Made by a program: the position numbers and the translations under genes. The notes below the pieces were generated by a model that saw nothing but the letters and a program-made list of their open reading frames with translations, did not search any database and had not been told where the DNA came from. A DNA stretch of 64,000 nucleotides from an uncultured Nitrososphaerota archaeon (lineage in GTDB: Archaea > Thermoproteota > Nitrososphaeria > Nitrososphaerales > Gagatemarchaeaceae): the NCBI GenBank assembly GCA_963703285.1, contig OY969807.1, forward strand, positions 576,001 to 640,000. Direction: 5' to 3'. Below, piece after piece: positions 1 to 9,202 of this stretch (its first letter is position 1; every line of letters begins with the position of its first letter).

Positions 1-1
1 A

Positions 2-427
2 TATGCCAACGAGTCGGGAACGGTAATCAAACGGGAAGTCCTACGCGTGCAAATGGTCGATAACGGGTTAATTGGAGACTCTTGGGGAGAAAGCATCTCC
101 TTCTATTCGAGGGCGCGGAGACTCGGCTTCTCGACGGTCGGAGTTCCCCAAGCAATCCTCTTCCATGACTCCGAAACACCAGGAGGGGCTAAGGAGCGCT
201 ACGGGAAAGGGCGAATCGAATATTACTACTCGTGGTACTCAAACAGAACCTACGTCTATCTCAAGTATCAAGCAACGACCAAAACCGTCCTCCCATTCTA
301 CATAGCATACCGCGTGATGTTTATCTTTGCTCACGCCGCAAAACGACGCAAAGCCCTATTGTTCTACCTCGGTACTAAAGGAATGGTAGAGGGTTTGAAG
401 CGGTTTCTCAGATCGGCACCTCTATGA
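2..427 (+). CDS. Glycosyltransferase family 2 protein, C-terminal part (5' truncated by window edge)
   Basis: Frame open from position 2 (YANESGTVIKREVL...ESISFYSRARRLGFSTVGVPQAILFHD...YYYSWYSNR), a typical GT2 C-terminal pattern; next to an epimerase gene. Confidence 0.65.
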   Translation, partial: YANESGTVIKREVLRVQMVDNGLIGDSWGESISFYSRARRLGFSTVGVPQAILFHDSETPGGAKERYGKGRIEYYYSWYSNRTYVYLKYQATTKTVLPFYIAYRVMFIFAHAAKRRKALLFYLGTKGMVEGLKRFLRSAPL

Positions 428-648
428 TGGTGCAGAGCCCTAGACAGACAGCGATTAAGGCCATGCTAATCGTTGTCTCAATGGCCGATGAGCTCGTTAT
501 CCTGCTGGGTTCTGCGCTACGGGATGTTCATGATTTGTAAAGAATGACATCTATCGGAGGGTGCTCTCATTAGCCCAAAAGGACACGTTACGCGTTAGTC
601 ACACCAATAAACCGTCAGTGTTAGTAACCCTTTGTCTGAAGCGTTGAA

Positions 649-1650
649 ATGAGTATGGCGCGGAGTAGAATAGGGATCACGGGCGGCGCGGGATACATCG
701 GCAGTAGCCTTGCTCCAAGATTGTCGGAAGTTTTCGATATCAAGATGCTCGACGTCAGGGAACCGCGCTCCATCCCGACCGATTGTACCTTCCAACCCTG
801 CGACGTGCGGGACTACGACTCTCTTTCAAAATGCCTATCGGACGTCGACCTCGTCGTTCACACAGCTATCATCCAGATTCCGCAGATAACCAAGCTAAGG
901 AGACTTGCGTACGAAGTCAACTTTCTAGGGACACAGAACGTCTGCAGGGTCGTCGGGGAATCAGAGCGCGCAAAGGGAATGATTCTCTCGAGCTCTTGGC
1001 ATACCGTTGGCGAACATGGAATTGGTGGGACGATTGACGAGTCGTTCGGCTACCGTCCAGACAAGGTCGAGCCGCGCGCCAGGCTCTACGCGCTTTCGAA
1101 GATAGCGCAGGAGAGCGTTGTCCGATTCTACGACGAATCATTCGAGAAGACCTACGGCATGATTAGGATGGGAACTGTCCTGGGCCAGAATATGCCAGCC
1201 GCGACGGCCGCGAACACCTTCATCGAGAAGGCCCTAGGAGGAGAGGCCCTCACGCCCTTTAAGCATAGCATGTACCGGCCAATGTTCTTCGTCGATATAG
1301 ACGATGTCACCGAAGCTTACATGTCATTTGCAAAAGGCATACTGAATGGTGAGATTCCAAAGAGTAGCGACAGCCTCGCTCATATCGTCAATTTCTTCCT
1401 CCCCCAGCCAGTAACCGTTCTAGAGCTTGCCGAAATCGTGGCAGAGTCCGTAAGTCATCTAAGCGGAGGAGCCCTCAATCCTCGGATAGAAGTTGTAGAC
1501 AACGGGGTGGCTTCTCAGTTCACCAAAGATGATAAGGAGAGAGTTCACAGTGACAACCAAAAATCGAGAGAACTGCTTCACGTTGAACCCACGACAAGCG
1601 TGCGTGAATCAATCGACAAGGTAGTCCGCGCTCGCCTCAATCACTCCTAG
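649..1650 (+). CDS. NAD-dependent epimerase/dehydratase (extended SDR)
   Basis: GITGGAGYIG Rossmann motif, LSSS and YALSK catalytic motif. Confidence 0.9.
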   Translation: MSMARSRIGITGGAGYIGSSLAPRLSEVFDIKMLDVREPRSIPTDCTFQPCDVRDYDSLSKCLSDVDLVVHTAIIQIPQITKLRRLAYEVNFLGTQNVCRVVGESERAKGMILSSSWHTVGEHGIGGTIDESFGYRPDKVEPRARLYALSKIAQESVVRFYDESFEKTYGMIRMGTVLGQNMPAATAANTFIEKALGGEALTPFKHSMYRPMFFVDIDDVTEAYMSFAKGILNGEIPKSSDSLAHIVNFFLPQPVTVLELAEIVAESVSHLSGGALNPRIEVVDNGVASQFTKDDKERVHSDNQKSRELLHVEPTTSVRESIDKVVRARLNHS

Positions 1651-1672
1651 TCAGCTTGCGCAAACAAGAGAC

Positions 1673-2536
1673 TTACCTTTCCCAGAAGTAGCTGAACAAC
1701 GAACTTGTCTTCGTGAGGTCCTCAGCAAGCTTGCGGACGCTCTCCTTGGCCTGCTCGGGGCTCTTTGCCTCTTGGCTCTTCGCGGCGATGTGCACGGCCA
1801 TCGGCACGGTTGCCATCGAAGCCATTTGCCGGGTCCGCTGGGGAGCGACCGAAATCGGGGAGATAGAGTCGTACACCTGCAGCGCCCAGAGCGCGGGCAT
1901 GAAGGCCAAGAGTATTATGCAGGCCTCGCTGAGGCCGGCGCTATAACCCGTGATACGGGACATCCACGTGAGAGCGTACGGAGGCAAGGCCGCCGTGCCG
2001 GTCACGAACGCGTAGATCCTCTCGGGGAGAATCGTGTACCAGGAGGACAGGATGCTCAGTGCCGCGCCTGCGCCCAGGAACAGCCAGCCCTTCTTGGACC
2101 TCTTCTCATAGAATTGCCCTAGCCCCATCAGCCCGAAGAACCCCGGGACGGTGGAGAGTATCAGCTTCTTTATCGAGCCAGAGACGTGCAGCCCGCTGCC
2201 GAGCATCGAACCGGTTCCCATCGAGCTGGGTCCCATGGAGGGCATGGGACTTGGAAAGTTGGAGGCTTGGGAAATCATTGGTGCGGCAGCCGTGGTCTCC
2301 ACGACCCCCTCGTCGCTGGGCGTGCGAACGAGCGAGAAGGGCATGAAGGTTGGCGGGCTGAGGATTGGGTTCACAGAGTTCACTGTCAGGTAGCTAGCGT
2401 ACTTCCTTGACGCCACCCGGGCTTTGCTCGCGCCGCTCCTCAACGAGAGGATCTGGCTTGCGGGATTGAAGATGCTTCTACTCATCGACAGTGAAATGCT
2501 GTCTTCGTAGCGGAAACCTCTGAGTCGGGCTGCCAT
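1673..2536 (-). CDS. Hypothetical membrane protein (PGxGQFY, TM2-like segment)
   Basis: 287 aa ORF with 3 hydrophobic segments; TATA-like TTTATATA upstream at ~2567-2574. Confidence 0.65.
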   Translation of the reverse strand: MAARLRGFRYEDSISLSMSRSIFNPASQILSLRSGASKARVASRKYASYLTVNSVNPILSPPTFMPFSLVRTPSDEGVVETTAAAPMISQASNFPSPMPSMGPSSMGTGSMLGSGLHVSGSIKKLILSTVPGFFGLMGLGQFYEKRSKKGWLFLGAGAALSILSSWYTILPERIYAFVTGTAALPPYALTWMSRITGYSAGLSEACIILLAFMPALWALQVYDSISPISVAPQRTRQMASMATVPMAVHIAAKSQEAKSPEQAKESVRKLAEDLTKTSSLFSYFWER

Positions 2537-2826
2537 ATGCCAACGTCGTTAGAGTACATTGGACGGTATATAAATTTAGAGATTACACGTAGTTTGAAAG
2601 TAGTTTACGTGCGTAGTCTGACACCTGCCCGATAGCCCTTCTTACAGAATTAGCATTAAATGACCCCTTTATCATGCACGAATTACAGACCCATTATCTA
2701 GAGGGATACCATCTCAGAATACACCTGTTTCTACAGACTAACTCTCATGGAGAATCTAACACGCTAGTCTTCACCGACACATTCGCGACCGAAAAAAGCC
2801 ATACACGCGCCATATGGTCGGATTTC

Positions 2827-3117
2827 CTAGATCGTCAGCCCGAAACCCATCACGAAAGCCTCCGCCTTCTTGATCTGGTTGATGAAGTCGAGCCCCTCCT
2901 GTGTCAGGACGTAGTACTTGCTGTCCTCGTCCTGCCTCTCCTCCAGCAGCCCCTTCGCGCTGAGCTCCCCGAGGTACTTCACGAGCCTGTCGTGCGAGAG
3001 GTTCGCCTTGTAGAGTATCCTGGTCGGCTTGGTGTTCCCCTCGTCCCTCACGGTGACGAGGATGTCGAGGTAAATCTTGAGGGAGCTCCGGGGCTTCTCA
3101 GTCGACACCGCGACCAC
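2827..3117 (-). CDS. Winged helix-turn-helix transcriptional regulator (archaeal HTH_45-like)
   Basis: KPTRILYKANLS...YLxEL...Y.LT.EG pattern. Confidence 0.85.
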   Translation of the reverse strand: MVAVSTEKPRSSLKIYLDILVTVRDEGNTKPTRILYKANLSHDRLVKYLGELSAKGLLEERQDEDSKYYVLTQEGLDFINQIKKAEAFVMGFGLTI

Positions 3118-3781
3118 TCCAAATCAGGAAGAAGAGAAGGGAGACGAAGCCGCACACCTCGACCGTGTTGCCCACGAGGAAGACGTTGTTGTCGACTGCG
3201 ATGGCGGCGGTAAGCATCAGCACGTGGGCGAAGAAGATGAGGGCGAAGCCGAAGAGGACCATCAGGGAGAGGTTGCTCTTCGTGTGCGCGAAGATCCTGA
3301 CGCCGTGGTAGACTATCAGGAACAGTAGGACCACTATGGCGGCCTGTGAGGCTATGTATATCGCGAGGACGAGGACGATGTACTCCAGGAGCTTCTTCGT
3401 GACCGCGTTGGTGCCCACCAGCACCCCGGGTATCGCCCCGGCCTTCGCGGTGGCGCGGGAGAAGAAGCTGAGCCCGTATCCCCAGGCGAAGAGGCCGTAG
3501 GCCAGGAGCTGGAGGGCCGTGTAGATGAGGAAGGCGACGAGCTCCACCCCCCGCACCCTGAGCGCGTCGATGGCCGTGGCCCTGACGATGGTCTCCGTCC
3601 CCGCCTGGAGGAAGAGGCCCACGCCGAGCAGGAGGAAGCCGAAGCTGATGTACCTCAGCAGTATGCTCCCGACCAGCCGGTTGTTCTTGTAGGCGTAGTA
3701 GCTTATCAGCAGGGCTACCGCGCCGCTCAGAACGTTGAGGACCGAGATTATGGTCGCTGTGGGCACGGCCGGACGAACCAA
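3098..3781 (-). CDS. Multi-pass (about 7 TM) membrane protein
   Basis: Repeated hydrophobic helices; overlaps the wHTH gene start; similar to the ORF at 63530. Confidence 0.8.
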   Translation of the reverse strand: MVRPAVPTATIISVLNVLSGAVALLISYYAYKNNRLVGSILLRYISFGFLLLGVGLFLQAGTETIVRATAIDALRVRGVELVAFLIYTALQLLAYGLFAWGYGLSFFSRATAKAGAIPGVLVGTNAVTKKLLEYIVLVLAIYIASQAAIVVLLFLIVYHGVRIFAHTKSNLSLMVLFGFALIFFAHVLMLTAAIAVDNNVFLVGNTVEVCGFVSLLFFLIWSGRGVD

Positions 3782-4032
3782 AGCTCGGACAAAGCGGATT
3801 AAACTCTTGCGATGCCGATTCTATGGTCATCTCCAGGGGAGGCCAGCTGCCACGGCGGAGAGACCGATCGTGGCGCCGCGTCGGGGGGCTAGTCAGCACT
3901 GGGTTTGTCAGTGGGAGCCGTCCCCAGAGGTTGAACGGAAACGGTTTCCATCTCTCCCCCATTAGCATGATACACCCAACGGTTCGAGGCACCAACGGCA
4001 CAATCAAGAGCATGACGTGATGTGAATAAGCA

Positions 4033-4100
4033 GGCGTCGGCCTCCTAAGCTGAAGGGATACTCTGAGAGACCGTGGGTTCAGGTCCCATCGGGCCCGCCA
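4033..4100 (+). pseudogene. 3' fragment of tRNA-Arg(CCT) with an extra ~14 nt in the variable region; 5' acceptor strand and D-arm absent
   Basis: Anticodon stem TCGGC/GCTGA with loop CT-CCT-AA, T-arm GTGGG-TTCAGGT-CCCAT, acceptor 3' strand CGGGCCC-G-CCA; no GGGCCCG 5' strand upstream. Confidence 0.75.
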
Positions 4101-4160
4101 CCATTCAAGTCCTTTTATATCGCAGACAAAGAGAGTGCGTTCCGAGCTAGTGAGCGAGGC

Positions 4161-5966
4161 TTGAAACGAAAAGCCGGGCTCTTGCCCTTTGCTGTTTTCT
4201 TCGTCCTCTTGTTACTACTTGTTTTCCCGCAAGGCCACGCCGCTCTCTCGACCGGTCAAGCAGCGGGCATCGTAATCGGACAGAGCACCTTCGGGACGGA
4301 AGGATCCGCGACTACCCAGACCGGCCTGAACAGCCCTGTGAACAGCGTCTTCGACCCGTCTGGCGACCTCTGGGTTGTGGAGCTGACCAATAGCCGCGTG
4401 CTCGAGTACCTACCTGGCACCGGCGGGTGCCCGTCAGGCCAGTTCTGCAACGGCATGGCGGCCTCGGTGGTCATAGGACAGCCGAGCTTCACTAGCAGCA
4501 CAGTCAACTCCGGCTTCGCTTCCTGCAACGGGGTCGCCGTCACCGCCGGCGCCGTCAGCGCGTGCGGTCTGAGCACCCCCAAGGGCATCGCCTTCGACGC
4601 GCTGACCGGCGACCTCTGGGTCTCGGACTTCGGCAACAACCGGGTCTTGGAGTACGTACCCGGCACAGGCGGGTGCTCGGTGGGGTTCTGCAACGGCATG
4701 GCGGCCTCGGTTGTCATAGGACAGCCGAACTTCAATAGCAACACGGCCAACGCGGGCTTCGCCTCGTGCGACGGCTCCCCCGTCACATCCGGCACCGACA
4801 GTGCGTGCGGTCTTGGCGGTCCGCGGGGCATCGTTTTCGACGCCTCCGACAACCTCTGGATTACGGATAACAACCGCGTTCTCGAATATTCCAACCTCGT
4901 CGAAGCCATCACCCCCTCCCCGGTCACCATCGACACCGGTCAGGCGATCACGCTGACCTCTCACAGCACGGGAGGATTCGGCCCCTACACCTACCAGTGG
5001 TACACGGCTCCAAGCCCCGGCACGTGCACCGCGAGCGACACCTCCCTGGGAGCGACCACTTCCACCTACTCCGTCCCGTCATCCACAACGCCGGGTACCT
5101 ACAACTACTGCTACGTAATCACCGACAGCACCGGAGCCAGCGGGGGCTCACCGACCGACGCGGTCACGGTCGACGCCATAACAATCGGAGCCATCACCCC
5201 CGCCTCTCCCACGATCGACAGCGGCTCGATGATCACGCTCACCTCAGCCGCCCCTACCGGCGGCACGGGCGGCGGGTTCACCTATCAGTGGTACTCCGGG
5301 ACGAGCGCGACCTGTTCGTCGGATCCGACCGCCCTGGGCACGGCGCTCGCCCAGGTGGTGTCTCCGACCTCGAACACGGACTACTGCGTCCAGGTGACAG
5401 ATGCCGGTGTCACGCCCGGCGCCGGGCCGCTTTTCAGTTCCACTGACTTGGTGGCGGTCAGCTCTGGGCTAATCGCAGGCGCTATCGCCCCCTCCAGCAC
5501 ATCAATCGACAGTGGCCAGTCCATCACTCTGACGGCCAACCCGTCCGGAGGCACCACCCCGTACTACTACCAGTGGTACACCGGGGCAGGCTGCACGTCT
5601 CCGATATCCGGTGCCGCATCCTCCACCTACACCACGGGACCTCTGACCTCGGACACGACCTACTATTACGAGGTCACGGACTCCGCGCACCCGTCCGTCA
5701 GCGCATGCTCGGCCGGCACCACGGTCTCCGTGATTCCGCCTCTCCCAGACACGACGGGAGGAGTCTTCATGCCAGTGGGCTCGACCTTCACAGATGCCTA
5801 TGGGAACACTTGGCTCACTCCCGGCGGCAGCGCATTCGGCAATCCCCTCCAGAGCTACTTCTTCGTGGGTCCGGCCACCCTCATCCCATCACCAATGCAG
5901 GAAGGGTGGGGAGGGGTGTACGGGACATACGGCGGGCAACTGGGCTGGATAGTCACGTTCTACTAA
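4161..5966 (+). CDS. Secreted surface protein with NHL repeats and Ig/PKD-like domains
   Basis: Signal peptide ending GHA; GDLWVxDxxNxRVLEY NHL repeats; three YTYQWY-type Ig modules. Confidence 0.85.
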   Translation: MKRKAGLLPFAVFFVLLLLLVFPQGHAALSTGQAAGIVIGQSTFGTEGSATTQTGLNSPVNSVFDPSGDLWVVELTNSRVLEYLPGTGGCPSGQFCNGMAASVVIGQPSFTSSTVNSGFASCNGVAVTAGAVSACGLSTPKGIAFDALTGDLWVSDFGNNRVLEYVPGTGGCSVGFCNGMAASVVIGQPNFNSNTANAGFASCDGSPVTSGTDSACGLGGPRGIVFDASDNLWITDNNRVLEYSNLVEAITPSPVTIDTGQAITLTSHSTGGFGPYTYQWYTAPSPGTCTASDTSLGATTSTYSVPSSTTPGTYNYCYVITDSTGASGGSPTDAVTVDAITIGAITPASPTIDSGSMITLTSAAPTGGTGGGFTYQWYSGTSATCSSDPTALGTALAQVVSPTSNTDYCVQVTDAGVTPGAGPLFSSTDLVAVSSGLIAGAIAPSSTSIDSGQSITLTANPSGGTTPYYYQWYTGAGCTSPISGAASSTYTTGPLTSDTTYYYEVTDSAHPSVSACSAGTTVSVIPPLPDTTGGVFMPVGSTFTDAYGNTWLTPGGSAFGNPLQSYFFVGPATLIPSPMQEGWGGVYGTYGGQLGWIVTFY

Positions 5967-6099
5967 ATTCGAACCGACGACGGGTCTTGTTTCCCATATT
6001 CGCTTGGATAATCAACTGCAGTTGACGGAGATTCGAAATCGAGGGAAGGTTTTCTAATCGCGACCACCATCTGGCGCCCACTCGGACGAAGCAACCGCC

Positions 6100-6430
6100 G
6101 GAGAGAGCCCCAAGATAAAGCTGCGAATCGAGTGACTATCCGACCTCATCTTCGGACTTGCGCTCTGCATCGGCGCGATCGCCCTCATCGAGCACATCCC
6201 GAACGACGCGTCGGGGCTCCTGTCCGATGTGGAGCTCTTCGGGTTCAGCTTCCTGATAATCGTGGCTAACTGGGTCGCATACACACGCATAGACTCAGCG
6301 CTTCCCGTCGAGACCTCGAGTGCGCTGATTCTCAACCTCGCTCTCTTGTTCTGCGTCGTAATCGAGCCCTTCCTCTTCTACGTCTTCGAAACCTCGACGG
6401 GAGCGTTCTACGACACCACGTCCGCAGCCT
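6100..6430 (+). pseudogene. TMEM175/DUF1211 potassium-channel-family pseudogene fragment
   Basis: RIE*LSDLIFGLAL (in-frame TGA at 6133-6135) matches the RxExFSD motif; no start codon; truncated after ~3 TM. Confidence 0.7.
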
Positions 6431-6558
6431 TCGCCCCGTCCAGGGGCATGATGGCGATCATGTTGAACGTCGCGAGGAAGACGTTGATGTACGAGCCCAG
6501 GACACCCGCCACGAAGGTGTACGGGTTGCCCGTCGCGATGCCCAGGAAGTAGAGCGGG
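6428..6558 (-). pseudogene. Fragment of an M50 (site-2) peptidase paralog
   Basis: Minus-strand translation LYFLGIATGNPYTFVAGVLGSYINVFLATFNMIAIMPLDGAK aligns with the C-terminus of 27822-28703. Confidence 0.75.
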
Positions 6559-6592
6559 AGAACTTATAAATCGGTAAGACATTCTTACAGAC

Positions 6593-6874
6593 ATGGTAGA
6601 ACAAGCCCAAGAGATAGAGTTCACCAAAGCCAGTTCCAAAGGACAAGTGGTGATACCAACTAGAATACGGAAGAAGTTTGGCATCAAGGAAGGTAGCGTC
6701 TTCGCCGTAGCAGCCCAAGGCGACATGATAGTGCTGAAGAAGATAGAGTCTGGCGTGTCCGCTGAAGATTTGAAGAGTCTCCGGCTTATTGAAGAGGCCT
6801 GGAAGGACATTGAAGAAGGGAGGTACAGCGTCCGATCCAAGGAGGCTTTCTTCAAAGAGCTGAAAGAATGGTAG
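6593..6874 (+). CDS. AbrB/MazE-family antitoxin
   Basis: SSKGQVVIPTRIRKKFGI motif; TATA TTATAAA at ~6564. Confidence 0.9.
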   Translation: MVEQAQEIEFTKASSKGQVVIPTRIRKKFGIKEGSVFAVAAQGDMIVLKKIESGVSAEDLKSLRLIEEAWKDIEEGRYSVRSKEAFFKELKEW

Positions 6875-7125
6875 AGATTAAGGAAATAGTCTATACGCAA
6901 AAGTTCGAACGAGACGTAAGAAAAATTCGAGACATCCTCGTGAAGGATAGGCTGCGGAAGCAGATAGAGAAGATTGCGGACGACCCAGAATCTGGAAAAC
7001 CGCTAAGGTACGGTTTGAAGGGGGAGCGGGCAATCCGAATCCCGCCCTACAGATTAGTCTACGCCGTTCAGCAAGACAGACTCATCCTGCTCCGTTTTGA
7101 ACATCGGAAGGCAGTGTACCAATAG
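6868..7125 (+). CDS. RelE/ParE-family toxin
   Basis: GKPLRYGLKGERAIRIPPYRLVY...HRKAVY; overlaps the antitoxin. Confidence 0.9.
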   Translation: MVEIKEIVYTQKFERDVRKIRDILVKDRLRKQIEKIADDPESGKPLRYGLKGERAIRIPPYRLVYAVQQDRLILLRFEHRKAVYQ

Positions 7126-7276
7126 GTAGCCGCCTTACAAGAGCCTTAAGGTGCGTTCGAAGGTCAGCATTCGATCCCCGCACCACCCCTCTCCGACACG
7201 GCGTTCGCAGGCTAGGGGCTGGCAGGGGCGATTATGTCTGTGCAATGAGTGCAATCGAGGGCATTGCGAGCCCGGT

Positions 7277-7297
7277 GGTCAGCGCCCCTGCGGCGTC
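7277..7297 (+). repeat. 21-bp direct repeat copy 1 (GGTCAGCGCCCCTGCGGCGTC)
   Basis: Identical to 17804-17824, with imperfect extension upstream (GAGCCCGGT vs GAGCCGGC). Confidence 0.85.
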
Positions 7298-7426
7298 TGC
7301 CCTATCAGTTGCCTAGCATCGTTCACAACTCTCGACAGGGCTCTCTCGTGTGTCGTCCATTCACGTGACAATCATTGTTCGGCGTAGCAAATGCATCGAA
7401 GAATATGGGAAAAAATCTCGACCTAT

Positions 7427-9062
7427 TCAGCCGAGGCCGTACCGCTTCACCTTTTCAATGTCAAGACCGCGCTTCGTGCACATCCTCTCGATGTAGTGCA
7501 GCAGCCCCCACCCGCCGAGGTTGAGCACCATGGCCATTCCAGCACGTCGAAAGAGGTTGCCCTGGCTGTCGCTGACAGCGTCCCTCTTTACCATCTTCGC
7601 CAGGTGCCTGTAGCAAGCGTAGTACACAGCGAGCTGCGACTCGTCGAGAATCTCGGCCGAGAATGTGCGGTTCTTTATCAGCCCGAGCGGCACGTTCTGC
7701 ATGGGTGTGACGGTGAACTCTGAGGGCATGCTGCCGACGTCCATCTCGCTCAGCCGGTTGACCATCGCCACCGTCTCCCAGTTGTCGTCGGGCGCCTCGT
7801 CCATCTGTCCGACCTGGACCGTGAACGCCGGCCGCCAGTAGGCGCGGTTCATCGCCCTCACGCCCTCCGCAACTATGGACTGCCAGGTCCCGTCGGGCCC
7901 TATCTTCAGCGGCAGGGTCTTGTTTGGCATGTGTCTGAGGGCCAGCTTGTCGCTGCCGGTCTCGAGACCCACCTGTACCCCTATCCACTTGTCCGGACCG
8001 GCATGGACGACGGACGAAATCTCCTTGACCAGTTCAGGATAGCCCGCAGGGACGGAGATTCTCCCGTGTGTTGGGTTCGCATATTCGATACCCTTGACGC
8101 TCATGGTGGCCTCGAATAGCTCCTTTATCGCGTCCCCGTTGGGCGTGAAGTGGGGGCCATGCTGATACGCGAATATCTCGTCGCTGTGCAGCCAGGCGGC
8201 CGTCTTCCCGGACTTGGCGTTGACCTCCACCTCCTTCTTGACCATCTCCGGCGAGTAGTATCTTATGGGCCTGAGCGTCACCTCGCAAAAGTCACAGCCG
8301 ATGCCGCAGCCTCGCATCACCTCGCTCAACCCCTTCACGGTGGGAGCCTGAATCAGGGGTATGTCATCCAGCGTCGGGAACTGCTTTGAGTTACGCGTGC
8401 CGCGTTATGAAGCGGTCGTGCTTCACCCACTGCTTGTGGAATCCCTCGTCGAAAGACTGGTAACCCTGGAAGTAGCCCTTCTCGTAGATCGCGTTCTGGG
8501 TTATGTCCTCAAGCACTTCGTTGATTATGTCGTCTGCCTCGCCCTGGAACGCAAGGTCGATGCCGAGCTCTTCCATCACCTCCGGCATCACGGTCAGTTC
8601 CCAGACTCCGGGTCCGCCGACGACCACCTTGGCCTTCTTGCCCTTCCTGGCACGGTCGATCGTCTTCATCAGCCGCTCGAATTCGACCCTCACCCACGCC
8701 TTGGAGTGGTCGCCGAAGAGTATCGAGTAGGACATGGTCAGGGGGCCTAGACCCAGCGGGTCCATCGTGTAGACACCGATTATCTCGGTGTCGTCCTTGA
8801 TGAAGGAGGTCGCGTAGTCCTCGTGGGGGATGACCACTTCCTCTCTCTTGTGCTGCGCCAGGAGCGCGGACTCGAGCTTTCTAAGGGCGTATGGGGCGAT
8901 TATGGCTCTACCGCTGTCGTCCGGCGTCCGTTTCCCCTTCAGAAAGTTGTAGAGAAACTCGGGGAGGGTTCCGCTCGGCGCACAGGGCAGAAAGTCGAGG
9001 AGTGGGAAGTTGTTGTACTCGCGGGAGAGGCTGGGATCCGAGATGAAGACGTATTTGGCCAT
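7427..9062 (-). pseudogene. B12-binding-type radical SAM enzyme, GDGT ring synthase (Grs)-like; split by a single-base frameshift at ~8393
   Basis: ORFs 8391-9062 and 7427-8338 join as FITRHA/NSKQFPTLDDIPLIQAPTVKG; CGIGCDFC motif; APYALRKLESAL, MDPLGLGP and VVGGPGVWEL motifs recalled from Grs homologs. Confidence 0.7.
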
Positions 9063-9066
9063 CTGT

Positions 9067-9195
9067 CTATCTCGTCTCCACGCGCAGCGCCGAAGGAGAC
9101 GCTGCGGCTATACCCAGGCTCAGCACGACCGTGTTGGATCCGTTCGCGTGCATGGGTTCGAGTCTCGGGCGACCGGTCCAGCTCAGGGTTGCCAA
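9067..9195 (-). CDS. Possible 42-aa microprotein between the two radical SAM genes
   Basis: TTG-start ORF fills the intergenic gap (7 nt after one stop, 4 nt before the next ATG). Confidence 0.3.
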   Translation of the reverse strand: MATLSWTGRPRLEPMHANGSNTVVLSLGIAAASPSALRVETR

Positions 9196-9202
9196 CAGCG
9201 GT

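Noticed and set aside
6133-6135. Selenocysteine or readthrough at the in-frame TGA in the TMEM175 fragment
   Set aside because: The position is not a Cys site, and the gene also lacks a start and its C-terminal half
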